DNA of 64,000 bases from Candidatus Sericytochromatia bacterium (GCA_036676495.1 JAKFCT010000082.1:64228-128227), one strand, 5' to 3'; counted from the first letter of the stretch, positions 42,826-52,620 are shown. Notes: generated by a model not told the origin, from the sequence alone. Numbers and translations are program-made.

Positions 42826-44235
42826 ATGAAGGCAATCAACACGCTTTTTGCCCTGGTGATGGCGACCACCCTGGTCGGTTGCGGCAACCGCATCCCCACC
42901 CAGGGCGGCACCGGCGGAGCCGCCGGCCTCCTGGAAGTCATGGTCGAGCAGGGCGGCATGGGCGTCGCCGGCGCCAACGTCCAGGTCCTCGATCCCAACG
43001 GCCAGCCCTTCCAGGATGCTCAGGCCGATGAGAACGGCGTCGCCACCTTCGAAGACCTTCCTTCCGCCACCGGCTACACCGTCACCGCCGAGTACGACGG
43101 CGCCACCGGCAAGACCACCGGCGTCTCGGTCGCCCCCAGCGACAAGACCCTGGTCCGCGTGGCCCTGGGCTTCGGTTCCGGCCCCGGCGGCATCATCGCC
43201 GGCAGCGTGAAGATTGCCAGCAACGGCTTCGGCATCGCCAACGCGGTCGTCGAGGTGCTCGGCACCCAGATCAAGACCACCACCGACAACACCGGTCACT
43301 ACAAGCTCGAGAACGTCCCTGCCGGCGCCCAGAAGGTCCAGGCGACCGCCCCCGGCTACCGGGCCGGCGTCTACACCTCCACCGTCCGGGCTGGCGGCTC
43401 GGTCTCGCTGAACTTCGACCTCTACAGCAACGCGGACGGCGCCTCGGCCGGCCACACCCTGGTCACCACCCAGTCCCGCGTCGTCGAGTTCGACCAGTGG
43501 CACAACGCGGTCGGCGAGAGCAAGACCACCGCCGCCTGGAGCGCCACCTTCGACCGCGTGTCGGGCACCATCCTCCTCGCCGACGCCGGCAAGAACGCGG
43601 TCGTCGAGTCCACCATCCGTGGTTCGGTCGTCAAGTCCTACAACGCCACCGCCTTCTGGAAGCTCGGCATCGGCGGCCTCAAGGCCCCCCGCGGCGCCGT
43701 CCGGACCAAGAACTCCACCATCCTGGTGGCCGACACCGGCAACAACCGCGTCGTCGAGATCGACCCCTCGGACAAGAAGGTCTGGGCCTACGAGACCAAG
43801 CTCAACCAGCCCCGCTGGGCCGAGCGCCTTCCCAACGGCAACACCCTCATCGCCGACTCGGGCAACAACCGGGTGATCGAGGTCAACGCCGGCGGACGGA
43901 TCGTCTGGGGCGTGGGAGACGGCTCGCGGAACGTGGTCAACTTCCCCACCCACGTCCAGCGCCTCGCCAACGGCAACACCCTGGTGACGGATGCCGGCAA
44001 CTCCCGGGTCCTCGAGGTCAACCCCCAGGGCGGGCTGGTCTGGATGGTCGGAATGCAGCGCCCGATGGCCGGCGACGACAAGGGCCTCCGCAACCCCAAC
44101 TCGGCCATCCGTCTCTCGAACGGCAACACCCTGATCGCCGACACCGGCAACAACCGGGTGGTCGAAGTGGACACCAAGAGCAACGTGGTCTTCCAGCAGC
44201 CCGTCGCCGCCCCGATGTTCGCAGACCGGATGTAA
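42826..44235 (+). CDS. Lipoprotein with two carboxypeptidase-regulatory-like domains and an NHL-type beta-propeller
   Basis: Lipobox LVGC, TTTDNTGHYKLENVPAG and repeated NGNTLIADxGNNRVxE. Confidence 0.85.
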   Translation: MKAINTLFALVMATTLVGCGNRIPTQGGTGGAAGLLEVMVEQGGMGVAGANVQVLDPNGQPFQDAQADENGVATFEDLPSATGYTVTAEYDGATGKTTGVSVAPSDKTLVRVALGFGSGPGGIIAGSVKIASNGFGIANAVVEVLGTQIKTTTDNTGHYKLENVPAGAQKVQATAPGYRAGVYTSTVRAGGSVSLNFDLYSNADGASAGHTLVTTQSRVVEFDQWHNAVGESKTTAAWSATFDRVSGTILLADAGKNAVVESTIRGSVVKSYNATAFWKLGIGGLKAPRGAVRTKNSTILVADTGNNRVVEIDPSDKKVWAYETKLNQPRWAERLPNGNTLIADSGNNRVIEVNAGGRIVWGVGDGSRNVVNFPTHVQRLANGNTLVTDAGNSRVLEVNPQGGLVWMVGMQRPMAGDDKGLRNPNSAIRLSNGNTLIADTGNNRVVEVDTKSNVVFQQPVAAPMFADRM

Positions 44236-44253
44236 TCACCTCAAAACCCTGGT

Positions 44254-44282
44254 GCCGAGCGGCTTTGCCGCTCGGCTTTTTT
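44254..44282 (+). terminator. Intrinsic terminator
   Basis: gccgagcggc-ttt-gccgctcggc followed by T6. Confidence 0.85.
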
Positions 44283-44315
44283 CCGCCTGAAACGCCGGCA
44301 TGGAGGAATAGCATC

Positions 44316-44612
44316 ATGGCCGAGATCGTGAACCCCACCCCCGACGGGATCCGCCTGGCGGTACGCTTGCAGCCCAGGGCCAGCCGGAATCAGGTCGTGG
44401 GGGTCATGGGCGATCGCCTCAAGGTCGCGCTCACCGCTCCCCCGGTCGAGGGAGCCGCGAACGCCGCCTGCCAGGCCTTCCTGGCGGAACTCTTCAAGGT
44501 GAGCAAGGGCTCGGTGAGGCTCATCCAGGGAGACAAGTCCCGCGACAAGCTCTGGGAGATCGAAGGCGACCCCGGCCGGCTGGCCGAGATCGCCCGGAAA
44601 CTCGTCGACTAG
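44316..44612 (+). CDS. DUF167/YggU family protein
   Basis: VRLQPRASR, LKVALTAPPVEGAAN and GDKSRDK; GGAGG SD. Confidence 0.92.
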   Translation: MAEIVNPTPDGIRLAVRLQPRASRNQVVGVMGDRLKVALTAPPVEGAANAACQAFLAELFKVSKGSVRLIQGDKSRDKLWEIEGDPGRLAEIARKLVD

Positions 44613-44642
44613 CGCCTCCCGCATGGGGGCACGACCTAGACG

Positions 44643-45161
44643 CTACTCATCCGCCCACTGGAACTCGCGAAGCCACGGCACCTCTCCGGCGAGGGCCTTG
44701 TTGCTGTGTTCCAGGATGATCTGGCAGCCGGCCTCCGGAACTCCCGCCGCGCGGGCCATCTCGGCCCCGTAGAGCCCATGCCAGCGGTAGATCTGGAGGG
44801 CCCACGGCCAGCGACGCGTGAAGCGCGGCTCGGCCGGGATCTCGCGATCGGGGCGCAGCACCACCAGCACCCGCCAGATCAGCCCGTAACCCCGGGGCTT
44901 TCCCACGTCATGCAACAACGCTGCCTTGAGCGCCCAGTCCGGGGGCTGCTGGGTGGCGAGCTTCCGCGCCACCTTCACGGTATGCGCCTGGTCGTGAAGG
45001 CTCATCCCGTCGTAAAGCGCTCGCTCTGCGGGCGCCAGCACGGTGTCCACCCAGGCCAGATCCGCGGGCGTCGGGCGCAGGACCAGGTATTCCCAGACCT
45101 GCCGGACGCGCCCGAGCGTCTTGGCGAGCTTGCGGGACGCAGGGCTCAGGGCACGATCCAC
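44643..45161 (-). CDS. HD-domain phosphohydrolase
   Basis: DQAH, AALLHDVGK, H..YGAEM and WAD; start uncertain. Confidence 0.8.
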   Translation of the reverse strand: MDRALSPASRKLAKTLGRVRQVWEYLVLRPTPADLAWVDTVLAPAERALYDGMSLHDQAHTVKVARKLATQQPPDWALKAALLHDVGKPRGYGLIWRVLVVLRPDREIPAEPRFTRRWPWALQIYRWHGLYGAEMARAAGVPEAGCQIILEHSNKALAGEVPWLREFQWADE

Positions 45162-45793
45162 AGCAGGAACTCCAGGGCTTGGCGCATCAGGATGCCCAGC
45201 ACGCTCGGCATCCCCGGCACGAACATGGGGCCCAGCACCAGCAAGACCAGCACGATCACCCCGTACGGCATGATCTGGTAGTAGGTGGGCCGCCAGCGGT
45301 AGGGAAGCAGGTTCTGGAGGATATGGCCCCCGTCCAGCGGAGGGATGGGGAGCAGGTTGAAGACCGCCAGGGCCAGGTTGAGCATCATCATGACCTGCAA
45401 GGGCTCGATGAGGCCCTCGTAGGCGACGGGAATCGGGGCGTGCTTGAGGATCGCGACCGCCAGCACGGCCAGGATCAGGTTCGCCAAGGGGCCTGCCAGC
45501 GAGACCCAAAGCTCCGCGTAGCGCCCCTTCAGGGCCCTCGGATCGATCCGGACGGGCTTGGCCCAGCCGATGGGGCCGAAGAGGATCATCAGGGTCCCGA
45601 TGGGATCCAGGTGCGCGATCGGGTTCAGCGAGAGCCTTCCGTCGAGCTTGGGGGTCTGATCACCCAGGCGGTAGGCCGTGTAGGCGTGGCCGAACTCGTG
45701 CAGGGTGATGGAGACCAGGAAGATCGGCAACCAGATCATGAGGCGGGAGGCGAAGTCGCCGCCGCCGGAGGTCAGAAGGCCAAAGTTGAACAA
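45146..45793 (-). CDS. Site-2 protease family (M50) intramembrane metalloprotease
   Basis: LHEFGH, VSLAGPLAN and FNLLPIPPLDG. Confidence 0.95.
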   Translation of the reverse strand: MFNFGLLTSGGGDFASRLMIWLPIFLVSITLHEFGHAYTAYRLGDQTPKLDGRLSLNPIAHLDPIGTLMILFGPIGWAKPVRIDPRALKGRYAELWVSLAGPLANLILAVLAVAILKHAPIPVAYEGLIEPLQVMMMLNLALAVFNLLPIPPLDGGHILQNLLPYRWRPTYYQIMPYGVIVLVLLVLGPMFVPGMPSVLGILMRQALEFLLWIVP

Positions 45794-45810
45794 GCGTTAC
45801 CTCTTTATCG

Positions 45811-45968
45811 CGGACGCCGCCGCGTCCCTCACGGGGGAGCGTGGCGTCCGAAAGCGCCCATAGCGCGGCTGTTTCGAAAGGCAGCGAGAGATAGCCGTGA
45901 ACCTGACCCTGTCAGGGGGATAGCTTCCTCTCGCGGTCCTGTAGAAACGACATTAGCTCTCGGAGCGT
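45811..45968 (-). ncRNA. Unassigned structured RNA (6S-like small RNA or regulatory leader)
   Basis: Minus-strand TATAAT at 45977-45982; closing stem uccgagagc/gcuuucgga, nested stems guuuc/gaaac, gcgagag/cucucgc and ccugac/gucagg, then a second hairpin. Confidence 0.45.
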
Positions 45969-48529
45969 AAGCCCCCATTATACCGCGCGATCAGCGCTTT
46001 CGCCTCCCGCTCCTCGTCCTCGGCGCCCGGAAGGGTTCCTGCGCGCTTGCGATCCAGCAAATGCCTCAAGATCTCCGCGTACCGCGGGCCGGGGGGCAGC
46101 CCCTGGGCCTTCAGCCACTCTCCGTTCACCCGCTCCAGCCCGAGATGGCGCAGTCTCGCCTGGTAGTCGGCGATTCGCGCGCGCGCCGGCCGCGAGCGCA
46201 GCGTGGCCAGGAGGTAGTACACGGCGAGATCGGGCACGCTCTCCAGCCTCTGGGCGAGCTCCGCTGGGGACCCGAGTCCTTCGACCGGAGGCCGCGCGTC
46301 GAGTTCCCAGGCGGCGTGAAGCACCTGGAGGTCCTGGCGGGAGAGGTGCATGGCCGCCACGATCCGCTCCCGGCTCGCGGCGTCGAGCGGGCGCAGGAGG
46401 ACGGCCAGGTACAGCAGCCAGCGGGAGGCCTCGGGGAGATCCATGCGGTCGATCCGGGCGATCGCGCAGGCCTCGCGGCGCCTCAGGTGAAGCTTCGGAT
46501 CGAGCATCCTCCATGCGTCGAGATCCTCCAGCCGCAGGGCGAACCCCTGCGCGGGCTGCAGGGCGAAGCCCCGTCGCAGCTCGCCCTTGACCCGGGCGCT
46601 GGAGAGCCCGTCGAAGCGCGACGAGCTCAGCGCATGGCGGGCGAAGGCCTCGGTCTGCGGATCCATTCGGAAGCCCGCGAGCTGCTGCTCGAAGCGGGCC
46701 GCCCTCACGATCCGGGTGGGATCCTCGATGAAGCTCAAGGGATGAAGGATCGTGAGCCGGCCATGCGCGAGATCGTCGAGCCCCCCGAAGAAGTCGACCA
46801 GTTGCCCGTGTTCGGGGCTTCCGATCCGCATGGCCAGGGCGTTGATGGTGAAGTCCCGGCGGGACAGGTCCTGCTTGAGAGTGGCCGGCTCGACCACCGG
46901 AAGGCCACCGGCCACCGGGTAGTGCTCGATGCGGGCGGTGGCGAACTCCACCCGCTTGCCGTCGGGCAGGTCCACGTGGGCGGTGCCGAAGGCGTCATGG
47001 GTCTTGATCGTCCCGCCGTGCCGGGAGGCGAAGTGGCGGGCGAGGGCGATCGCGTCCCCTTCCACCACCAGGTCCACGTCGAGGTTGGGCTGCCCCAGCA
47101 GGAGATCCCGCACGGCGCCTCCCACCAGGTAGGTGGGAGTCTCCCCGGCCAGGTTCCCGATCGCGTCGAGGAGTTCCGCCCAGTCCCGCGGCCACGCGGC
47201 ATGCAGCCGGCTCGCGAGGTTGCCCGCCAGCGGATGCGGGTTGCTCGGACCCTCCAGGTCGTAGCGGGCCCTCAGCACGTCGGATCGGGTCACGATCCCG
47301 ACCAGCATGCCCCCGTCGAGAACCAGGAGGCGCCCGATGTCCTTGCCCACCATGCGGGCCTGGATCTCCGAGAGCGGCGTGTCGGGGGAAACCGCCTCCA
47401 CCCGCCGCGCTACCATGCCCTGGATGCTGGCGTTCCCGCGCCCGTGGGCCAGGGCGCGGTCGAGGTCGCGCCGCGAGATCACGCCTTGCGGCTTGCCCCG
47501 GTGCATGACGGGCATGGCCGAGTGCCCGAAGCGCGACAGCTGCTCAGCGGCGTCCTTCACGCGGATCTCGAGCTCGAGGGTCCGGACGGGATGGCTCATG
47601 AGCTGCCGGGCCGTGGGCTCCTGGCGGACCAGCTTCTGGAGGCGCTCGCGCAGGACGGGCAGGACCTCCTCGACGGGAAGGTCGGGGGCATGCGCGCTGG
47701 CGGCTCCGGCGTGCCCTCTCGGCGACCATGGGGCCAGCAGCTCGCGCACGTCGAAGCCGGGGATGCTCGAGCGGGCGACGAACTGGGTGCGCGATCCCTC
47801 CCCGTCCGGGGTCTGGACGGCGATGGCCGTCACGTCCGCGCCGGTGAGGTCGATCAGCTTGGACGTGAGCATGGAGAGCTCGGGGGCGTCGTCATGCCAG
47901 TTCAGCCCCGCCAGGAGCGCCTGCGAGCCAGGCAACGCATGGCGCTCGGCGCGGTCGAGGAGCGCCTTGAAGAGGTCTTGTTGGCGGGCGCTCAGCACCG
48001 TTTCGAGGTACTCCGCGACCGTGTCGAGCTGGCCGCCCTGGCGCAGCAGGTAGGCGGCGGCTTCGAGATCCTCGGGCGTGGTGGAGGGGTAGGTGAGCTG
48101 ACCGGTATCGGCATAGATGCCCAGCAGCATGGCCGTCGCCTCGGGCGGCGTCAGGGTCTGCCCCTCGCGCATGAGCGCATGGACCAACAGGGAGGTGGCA
48201 GCCCCGATCCGGCGGACTTCCCCATGGGGCGGGGCCTCGAAGGGGGGATGATGATCCCAGATCACCGCGTCGAGGCCTTCCGGCAGCCGCACGCCCACGC
48301 GGCCGAGATCCTGGGTGTCCACCAGGATGATCCGGGTCACGGCGCCGAGATCGACCTCGGTCAGGGGCTGCAGGCCAAAGGACTCGGCGTGCAGTCTCAC
48401 GAAGCGCTTGACGTTGCTGTTGAGCTGGGGCGCATAGGCGGCGAGCGCTCTCGGGTAGAGCCGCTTCGCGGCCACCATGGCCCCGAGGCCGTCGAAATCG
48501 GTGTTGGTGTGCGTCAAAATCAGGTCCAT
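45953..48529 (-). CDS. tRNA nucleotidyltransferase (CCA- or A-adding) with N-terminal DHH and CBS domains
   Basis: [22 protein letters not shown] pair, [19 protein letters not shown] and EDPTR. Confidence 0.92.
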   Translation of the reverse strand: MDLILTHTNTDFDGLGAMVAAKRLYPRALAAYAPQLNSNVKRFVRLHAESFGLQPLTEVDLGAVTRIILVDTQDLGRVGVRLPEGLDAVIWDHHPPFEAPPHGEVRRIGAATSLLVHALMREGQTLTPPEATAMLLGIYADTGQLTYPSTTPEDLEAAAYLLRQGGQLDTVAEYLETVLSARQQDLFKALLDRAERHALPGSQALLAGLNWHDDAPELSMLTSKLIDLTGADVTAIAVQTPDGEGSRTQFVARSSIPGFDVRELLAPWSPRGHAGAASAHAPDLPVEEVLPVLRERLQKLVRQEPTARQLMSHPVRTLELEIRVKDAAEQLSRFGHSAMPVMHRGKPQGVISRRDLDRALAHGRGNASIQGMVARRVEAVSPDTPLSEIQARMVGKDIGRLLVLDGGMLVGIVTRSDVLRARYDLEGPSNPHPLAGNLASRLHAAWPRDWAELLDAIGNLAGETPTYLVGGAVRDLLLGQPNLDVDLVVEGDAIALARHFASRHGGTIKTHDAFGTAHVDLPDGKRVEFATARIEHYPVAGGLPVVEPATLKQDLSRRDFTINALAMRIGSPEHGQLVDFFGGLDDLAHGRLTILHPLSFIEDPTRIVRAARFEQQLAGFRMDPQTEAFARHALSSSRFDGLSSARVKGELRRGFALQPAQGFALRLEDLDAWRMLDPKLHLRRREACAIARIDRMDLPEASRWLLYLAVLLRPLDAASRERIVAAMHLSRQDLQVLHAAWELDARPPVEGLGSPAELAQRLESVPDLAVYYLLATLRSRPARARIADYQARLRHLGLERVNGEWLKAQGLPPGPRYAEILRHLLDRKRAGTLPGAEDEEREAKALIARYNGGLRSES

Positions 48530-48621
48530 GGGGCGATCATACCGCAAAACGCCCCCCATCGCCCTTGCCCCGGGCATACGGCCGAGCCGCATGCCGCTCC
48601 CTGCTCGGCCCGCTTTCGGGA

Positions 48622-48680
48622 TTAAGCTGCGGAAAAGCTTTGCTTAAGGGCCGCAGTTCACGGCTCATGAACGGCGACAA
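48622..48680 (+). promoter_or_regulatory. 11-bp-phased TTAAG repeats plus a GGCGACAA element
   Basis: ttaag(48622), aaaag(48633), ttaag(48644); ggcgacaa(48673). Confidence 0.35.
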
Positions 48681-48762
48681 ACGAGGTAGCCCCATTGGCG
48701 CTTGCGCGCGTCTGCAACGCAGACCTGAGGCAAGAACCGGCTGGTCATCAAGGAGGTCCCCC

Positions 48763-49491
48763 ATGCTGCGTTTGCTTCCGATCTTGGCCCTCATGGTCGG
48801 CCTGCTCGTCCAGGCTCCGGCGTTCGCGGCCGAGACTCCCGCCCTGGCCGAGGCGCTTTCGAGCGCCCGCACCGGCGTGGGCAACGTCATCTCCGACGGC
48901 AACGGCCAGCCCGTCTACGACGCGCAGGGCATGCCGCTACGCGTGACCGGCGTGGCGACGGATCCGGCCAGCCAGACCGTGGCCTCCCTGGCGACGGCCA
49001 TGCGGGTGCCGGTCGCGGATCTCCTGGCGTACGCCGGACGGCTTGGCATGACGCTTCCGATGGTCATGACGGGGACGCAGACCCTGGTGACCCGCTCGGA
49101 CGGCGGGGTCGAGCAGATCTTCGTCTTCAAGGCCAACGGGGCCGAGTACGCCTTCATGGCGGACAAGACCGGAAACAATTGCTTCGGCTTGCGCATGGCC
49201 AACGTGGATCCCACGGGGATGGGCCGGATCATGACGGCCCACGGCCTGAACGGGAACTTCACCAATCCGCCCTGGTACCTCTCGGAAGAGGCCAAGCGGG
49301 ACTACTGGATCGCCTGGGCCCAGGATCGGATCCTCGCGCCTCCCGTGAGCGTGGCGACGTCTGCGAAGGGCGTGAGCCAGTTGAGCTCGGCAGCTAAGCG
49401 CGGCAACGTCCGTCTGGGGAACCACCTGGTGCTGGATGCGGGACAGCGGGCAGTCCTGGCGGATACCGCCGGACGCGTGGGGGCCCGCTAG
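48763..49491 (+). CDS. Hypothetical secreted protein
   Basis: AAGGAGG SD; signal peptide ending AFA. Confidence 0.75.
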   Translation: MLRLLPILALMVGLLVQAPAFAAETPALAEALSSARTGVGNVISDGNGQPVYDAQGMPLRVTGVATDPASQTVASLATAMRVPVADLLAYAGRLGMTLPMVMTGTQTLVTRSDGGVEQIFVFKANGAEYAFMADKTGNNCFGLRMANVDPTGMGRIMTAHGLNGNFTNPPWYLSEEAKRDYWIAWAQDRILAPPVSVATSAKGVSQLSSAAKRGNVRLGNHLVLDAGQRAVLADTAGRVGAR

Positions 49492-49600
49492 CGCGGCCCC
49501 CCGCTGTGCGACGCCCAAGGCGTCGGGGTTTGGGGCGAATCGGCCGGGGCGGGCATGGTACAATTGGAAGGTTGTTTTCGAACCGAGAGGAGAGCCTCCC

Positions 49601-49966
49601 ATGTTGAATTCCGTCGTCCTGGTGGGTCGCGTCGGCCAGGATCCCGACATCAAGTTCTTCGAGACCGGTCGCGTCAAGACGACCTTCAGCCTCGCCGTGA
49701 ATCGTCCGACCAAGGACAAGGAGACGGATTGGTTCCGGATCGAGCTCTGGGGCAAGCAGGCCGAGGTGGCGCGGGACTACGTCCGCAAGGGCAGCTTGAT
49801 CGGCATCGAGGGTCGGCTCGAGTTCAGCCGCTGGACCGATGCGCAGGGTCAGAAGCACGAGATGCCGATCATCGCGGCCAACAACCTCCGGCTTCTGGGC
49901 AGCAAGAACGATAACCAGGCCGCCGGCATGAGCTCGGACGGCGGTTACGGAGACGTCGGCTTCTGA
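49601..49966 (+). CDS. ssb: Single-stranded DNA-binding protein (short form)
   Basis: NSVVLVGRVGQDP, FSLAVNR, TDWFRIELWGKQAE and KGSLIGIEGRL. Confidence 0.97.
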   Translation: MLNSVVLVGRVGQDPDIKFFETGRVKTTFSLAVNRPTKDKETDWFRIELWGKQAEVARDYVRKGSLIGIEGRLEFSRWTDAQGQKHEMPIIAANNLRLLGSKNDNQAAGMSSDGGYGDVGF

Positions 49967-51315
49967 ACCCCACGGATCGCGGCCGGTTCGGGATCGTCGC
50001 CGACGACCTGACCGGCGCGGCGGATACCGGGCTTCAGTTCAAGCGCGCGGGCCTGCGCACCTGGGTCATCACCCAGTTTCCGACGCGGGGCGAGGAAAGC
50101 CTCCCCCCCGACGTCCGCACCCTCTCGGTGAACGTGGACTCCCGCCATCTGAGCGGGGCCGCCGCGAAGGCCCGCACCCAGGAAGCGGTCCGCTGGCTCT
50201 ACTCCCTGGGATGCCGCCGTTTCTACAAGAAGATCGACTCCACCCTGCGGGGCAACTGGGTCAGCGAGACCCGGGGCATGCTCGCAGAGCTGGGCTGGGA
50301 GCTGGCCGTGGTCGCCCCCGCCTACCCCGAGGCCGGCCGGATCACGGTCGGAGGGTATCAGCTGGTAGACGGCAAGCTCGTCCACGACTCCCCGTATGCC
50401 CAGGACCCGCTCTCTCCGGTCACGGAATCCCATTTGCCCAGCATCCTGGAGGCGAGCGGCCTATCGGTGGGACACCTGGACCTGCGCATCGTCATGCGGG
50501 GCTGGGAGGCGATCGCCGGGGAGATCGCGCGCCTTTACCAATCGGGCATCCGCCTGGTCTCGGCCGATGCGACCCGCCGCGAGGATTTGCTGGCGATCGC
50601 CGAGGCCATCAAGACCACCCCCTACCGGATCCTGCCCGTGGGCTCTGCCGGCCTCGCCGAGGCCCTCGTGACCCGCAGCGTGCTGGCCGGAGCCGAACTG
50701 CTGGGGGTTGCCAAGCCCAAGCCCCTCTTGCCCACCGCGAGCAAGCGTCCCGTGCTCATCCTCAACGGATCCGCCAACCCCGTCTCCCTGGCCCAGGTGC
50801 GCCATGCCTCGGAGCACATGCGGACGCTCGTGCTCGACATCAGGCAGCTCTTGCTGGCCGAGGACGACGCCCTCCACCACCTCACCCGCCAGGTGCTCCA
50901 GAACCTGCTGGCGGGCCTGGACGTCCTGGTCACGGCGGCCACCAGCCTCGAGCACGTTCGCCGCGATCGCGCGCTCGCGCGGGACCTGGGGATGACCCCC
51001 TGGCAACTGGGAGCCGCCATCAGCGCGGCCCTCGCACGACTGGCCCGGACCATTGCCGACGAGGATCTGCTGGCGGGCCTGGTGATCGCCGGCGGGGACA
51101 CGGCCGCCGCGGTCTGCGCCGCCCTGCCCGAGACGCGCCTGGAAATCCTCGAGGAGGTCCTGCCGGCCATCCCCTGCCATCAACTGGTCGGCGCACTGCC
51201 TTTGCGCCTCGTCACCAAATCGGGGGGCTTCGGCGCCCCCGAGACCCTGCTTCGGATCGCGGAACATTTGCGTTTGACCGGATCCGACGCGTCGTCTATG
51301 CTACGATCACGTTAA
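49963..51315 (+). CDS. Four-carbon acid sugar kinase family protein (DtnK/OtnK-like)
   Basis: In-frame GIVADDLTGAADTG upstream of the ORF-track start, plus YKKIDSTLRGN, GSAGLA, GGDTA and TKSGGFG; inferred CTG start. Confidence 0.88.
   Translation: MNPTDRGRFGIVADDLTGAADTGLQFKRAGLRTWVITQFPTRGEESLPPDVRTLSVNVDSRHLSGAAAKARTQEAVRWLYSLGCRRFYKKIDSTLRGNWVSETRGMLAELGWELAVVAPAYPEAGRITVGGYQLVDGKLVHDSPYAQDPLSPVTESHLPSILEASGLSVGHLDLRIVMRGWEAIAGEIARLYQSGIRLVSADATRREDLLAIAEAIKTTPYRILPVGSAGLAEALVTRSVLAGAELLGVAKPKPLLPTASKRPVLILNGSANPVSLAQVRHASEHMRTLVLDIRQLLLAEDDALHHLTRQVLQNLLAGLDVLVTAATSLEHVRRDRALARDLGMTPWQLGAAISAALARLARTIADEDLLAGLVIAGGDTAAAVCAALPETRLEILEEVLPAIPCHQLVGALPLRLVTKSGGFGAPETLLRIAEHLRLTGSDASSMLRSR
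51274..51302 (+). promoter_or_regulatory. Sigma70-type promoter for the GT4 gene
   Basis: TTGACC-N17-TATGCT. Confidence 0.5.
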
Positions 51316-51342
51316 AGTTACGATAAGGAAGGGATCGACGCC

Positions 51343-52539
51343 ATGCGTATCTGTATGCTCAGCTGGGAGTACCCGCCTCGGATCGTCGGAGGCATCGCCC
51401 GTCACGTGGAGGAGCTCTCCGAGGCCCTGGCCTCCAAGGGACACGAGATCCACGTCATCACGGCGGATCATCCGAATACCCCCGCGTACGAGCTTCGCAA
51501 GGGCGTGCACATCCACCGGGTCAAGACCGACGTCGCCCCGGCGCCGGACTTCGTCACCTGGATCCACCACATGAACTGGGGCATGGCCGAGATGGCCATC
51601 CGGCTCCAGATGGCGCATCCCTTCGACCTCGTGCATGCACATGACTGGCTGGTCGCCCAGTCGGGCGTCCTGCTCAAGAAGACCTTCGGCGTGCCGCTGG
51701 TCGGCACCATCCACGCCACGGAGTCGGGCCGCAACCAGGGCATCCACACGCCCCTTCAGAGCTATATCCACCACCAGGAGTGGTTCTTGACCTACGAAGC
51801 CTACCGGGTCATCGTCTGCTCGCATTACATGCACCGCGAGGTCCGCGAACTCTTCGCCGTCCCCGAGGACAAGCTCGACATCCGCCCGAACGGCATCGAC
51901 TACCACAAGTTCGACTTCCCCTTCGAGAACCGCCAGGAGTTCCGCCGGCAGTTCGCCATGGACCACGAGAAGGTCGTCATGTTCGTCGGCCGCATGGTCC
52001 CCGAGAAGGGCGCGCAGGTCCTGATCGAGGCGGCCCCCCGGGTGATCGCCCAGAACCCCGACGCCAAGTTCGTGATCGTCGGCAAGGGCGGCTTCCTCAA
52101 CGACCTCAAGCGCCGTGCCGCCGAACTTCGCCTGGGCTCGAAGGTCCTCTTCACCGGCTACGTGGACGATGACACCCTGCTGCGCATCTACCGCTCCGCG
52201 GATGTCGCGGTGGCCCCGTCGCTTTACGAGCCCTTCGGCATCGTCGCCCTCGAGGGCATGGCGGCCAAGCTCCCGACCGTCGTCGCGGAGACCGGCGGCC
52301 TCGGCGAGATCATCGACCACGGCAAGAACGGCGTCACCACCTATGCCGGCAACCCCGAGTCCCTGGCCTGGGGCATCACCGAGGTGCTGAAGCACCCGCA
52401 GGCGGCCCGCCAGATGGGCGAGAACGCCTACCAGAAGGTGCTGGACGTCTTCAACTGGCAGGTGATCGGCGACCAGACCCTGCAGACCTACGACCGGGTC
52501 CTGGAGATGGCCGGCCGCAAGGAAGCCGCCGCCCGCTAG
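51343..52539 (+). CDS. GT4 glycosyltransferase
   Basis: WEYPP..VGG, HAHDWL, TIHATE.GR and YEPFGIVALEGM. Confidence 0.93.
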   Translation: MRICMLSWEYPPRIVGGIARHVEELSEALASKGHEIHVITADHPNTPAYELRKGVHIHRVKTDVAPAPDFVTWIHHMNWGMAEMAIRLQMAHPFDLVHAHDWLVAQSGVLLKKTFGVPLVGTIHATESGRNQGIHTPLQSYIHHQEWFLTYEAYRVIVCSHYMHREVRELFAVPEDKLDIRPNGIDYHKFDFPFENRQEFRRQFAMDHEKVVMFVGRMVPEKGAQVLIEAAPRVIAQNPDAKFVIVGKGGFLNDLKRRAAELRLGSKVLFTGYVDDDTLLRIYRSADVAVAPSLYEPFGIVALEGMAAKLPTVVAETGGLGEIIDHGKNGVTTYAGNPESLAWGITEVLKHPQAARQMGENAYQKVLDVFNWQVIGDQTLQTYDRVLEMAGRKEAAAR

Positions 52540-52545
52540 GCCTCC

Positions 52546-52569
52546 TTGGGGCGGGCCTCCGCGCCCGTC
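52546..52569 (+). repeat. REP-like palindrome, family A
   Basis: ttggggcgggcctccgcgcccgtc. Confidence 0.6.
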
Positions 52570-52585
52570 ATCAGCCCCCCCCCTT

Positions 52586-52620
52586 TCCGGCCCCGGTCCT
52601 GTCTCAGGACCGGGGCCGGA
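52586..52620. terminator. GC-rich hairpin after the GT4 gene
   Basis: tccggccccggtcctg-tct-caggaccggggccgga. Confidence 0.45.

Noticed and set aside
45880-45935. SRP RNA suggested by GAACC...GTCAGG
   Set aside because: Lacks the CCGGAAGG..GCAGC helix 8 motif
45935-45985. Purine riboswitch suggested by TATAAT...GTTTCTAC on the minus strand
   Set aside because: Spacing is wrong and the AUGG and CCGUAAA loop motifs are missing; TATAAT is better explained as a -10 box
48667-48750. Known riboswitch (c-di-GMP-II, yybP-ykoY or lysine) upstream of the secreted protein
   Set aside because: Only fragments match; the core consensus elements and pseudoknot are absent
49945-50127. Pseudogene or frameshift at the kinase 5' end
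   Set aside because: The reading frame is open and continuous from 49963, so a CTG start explains it
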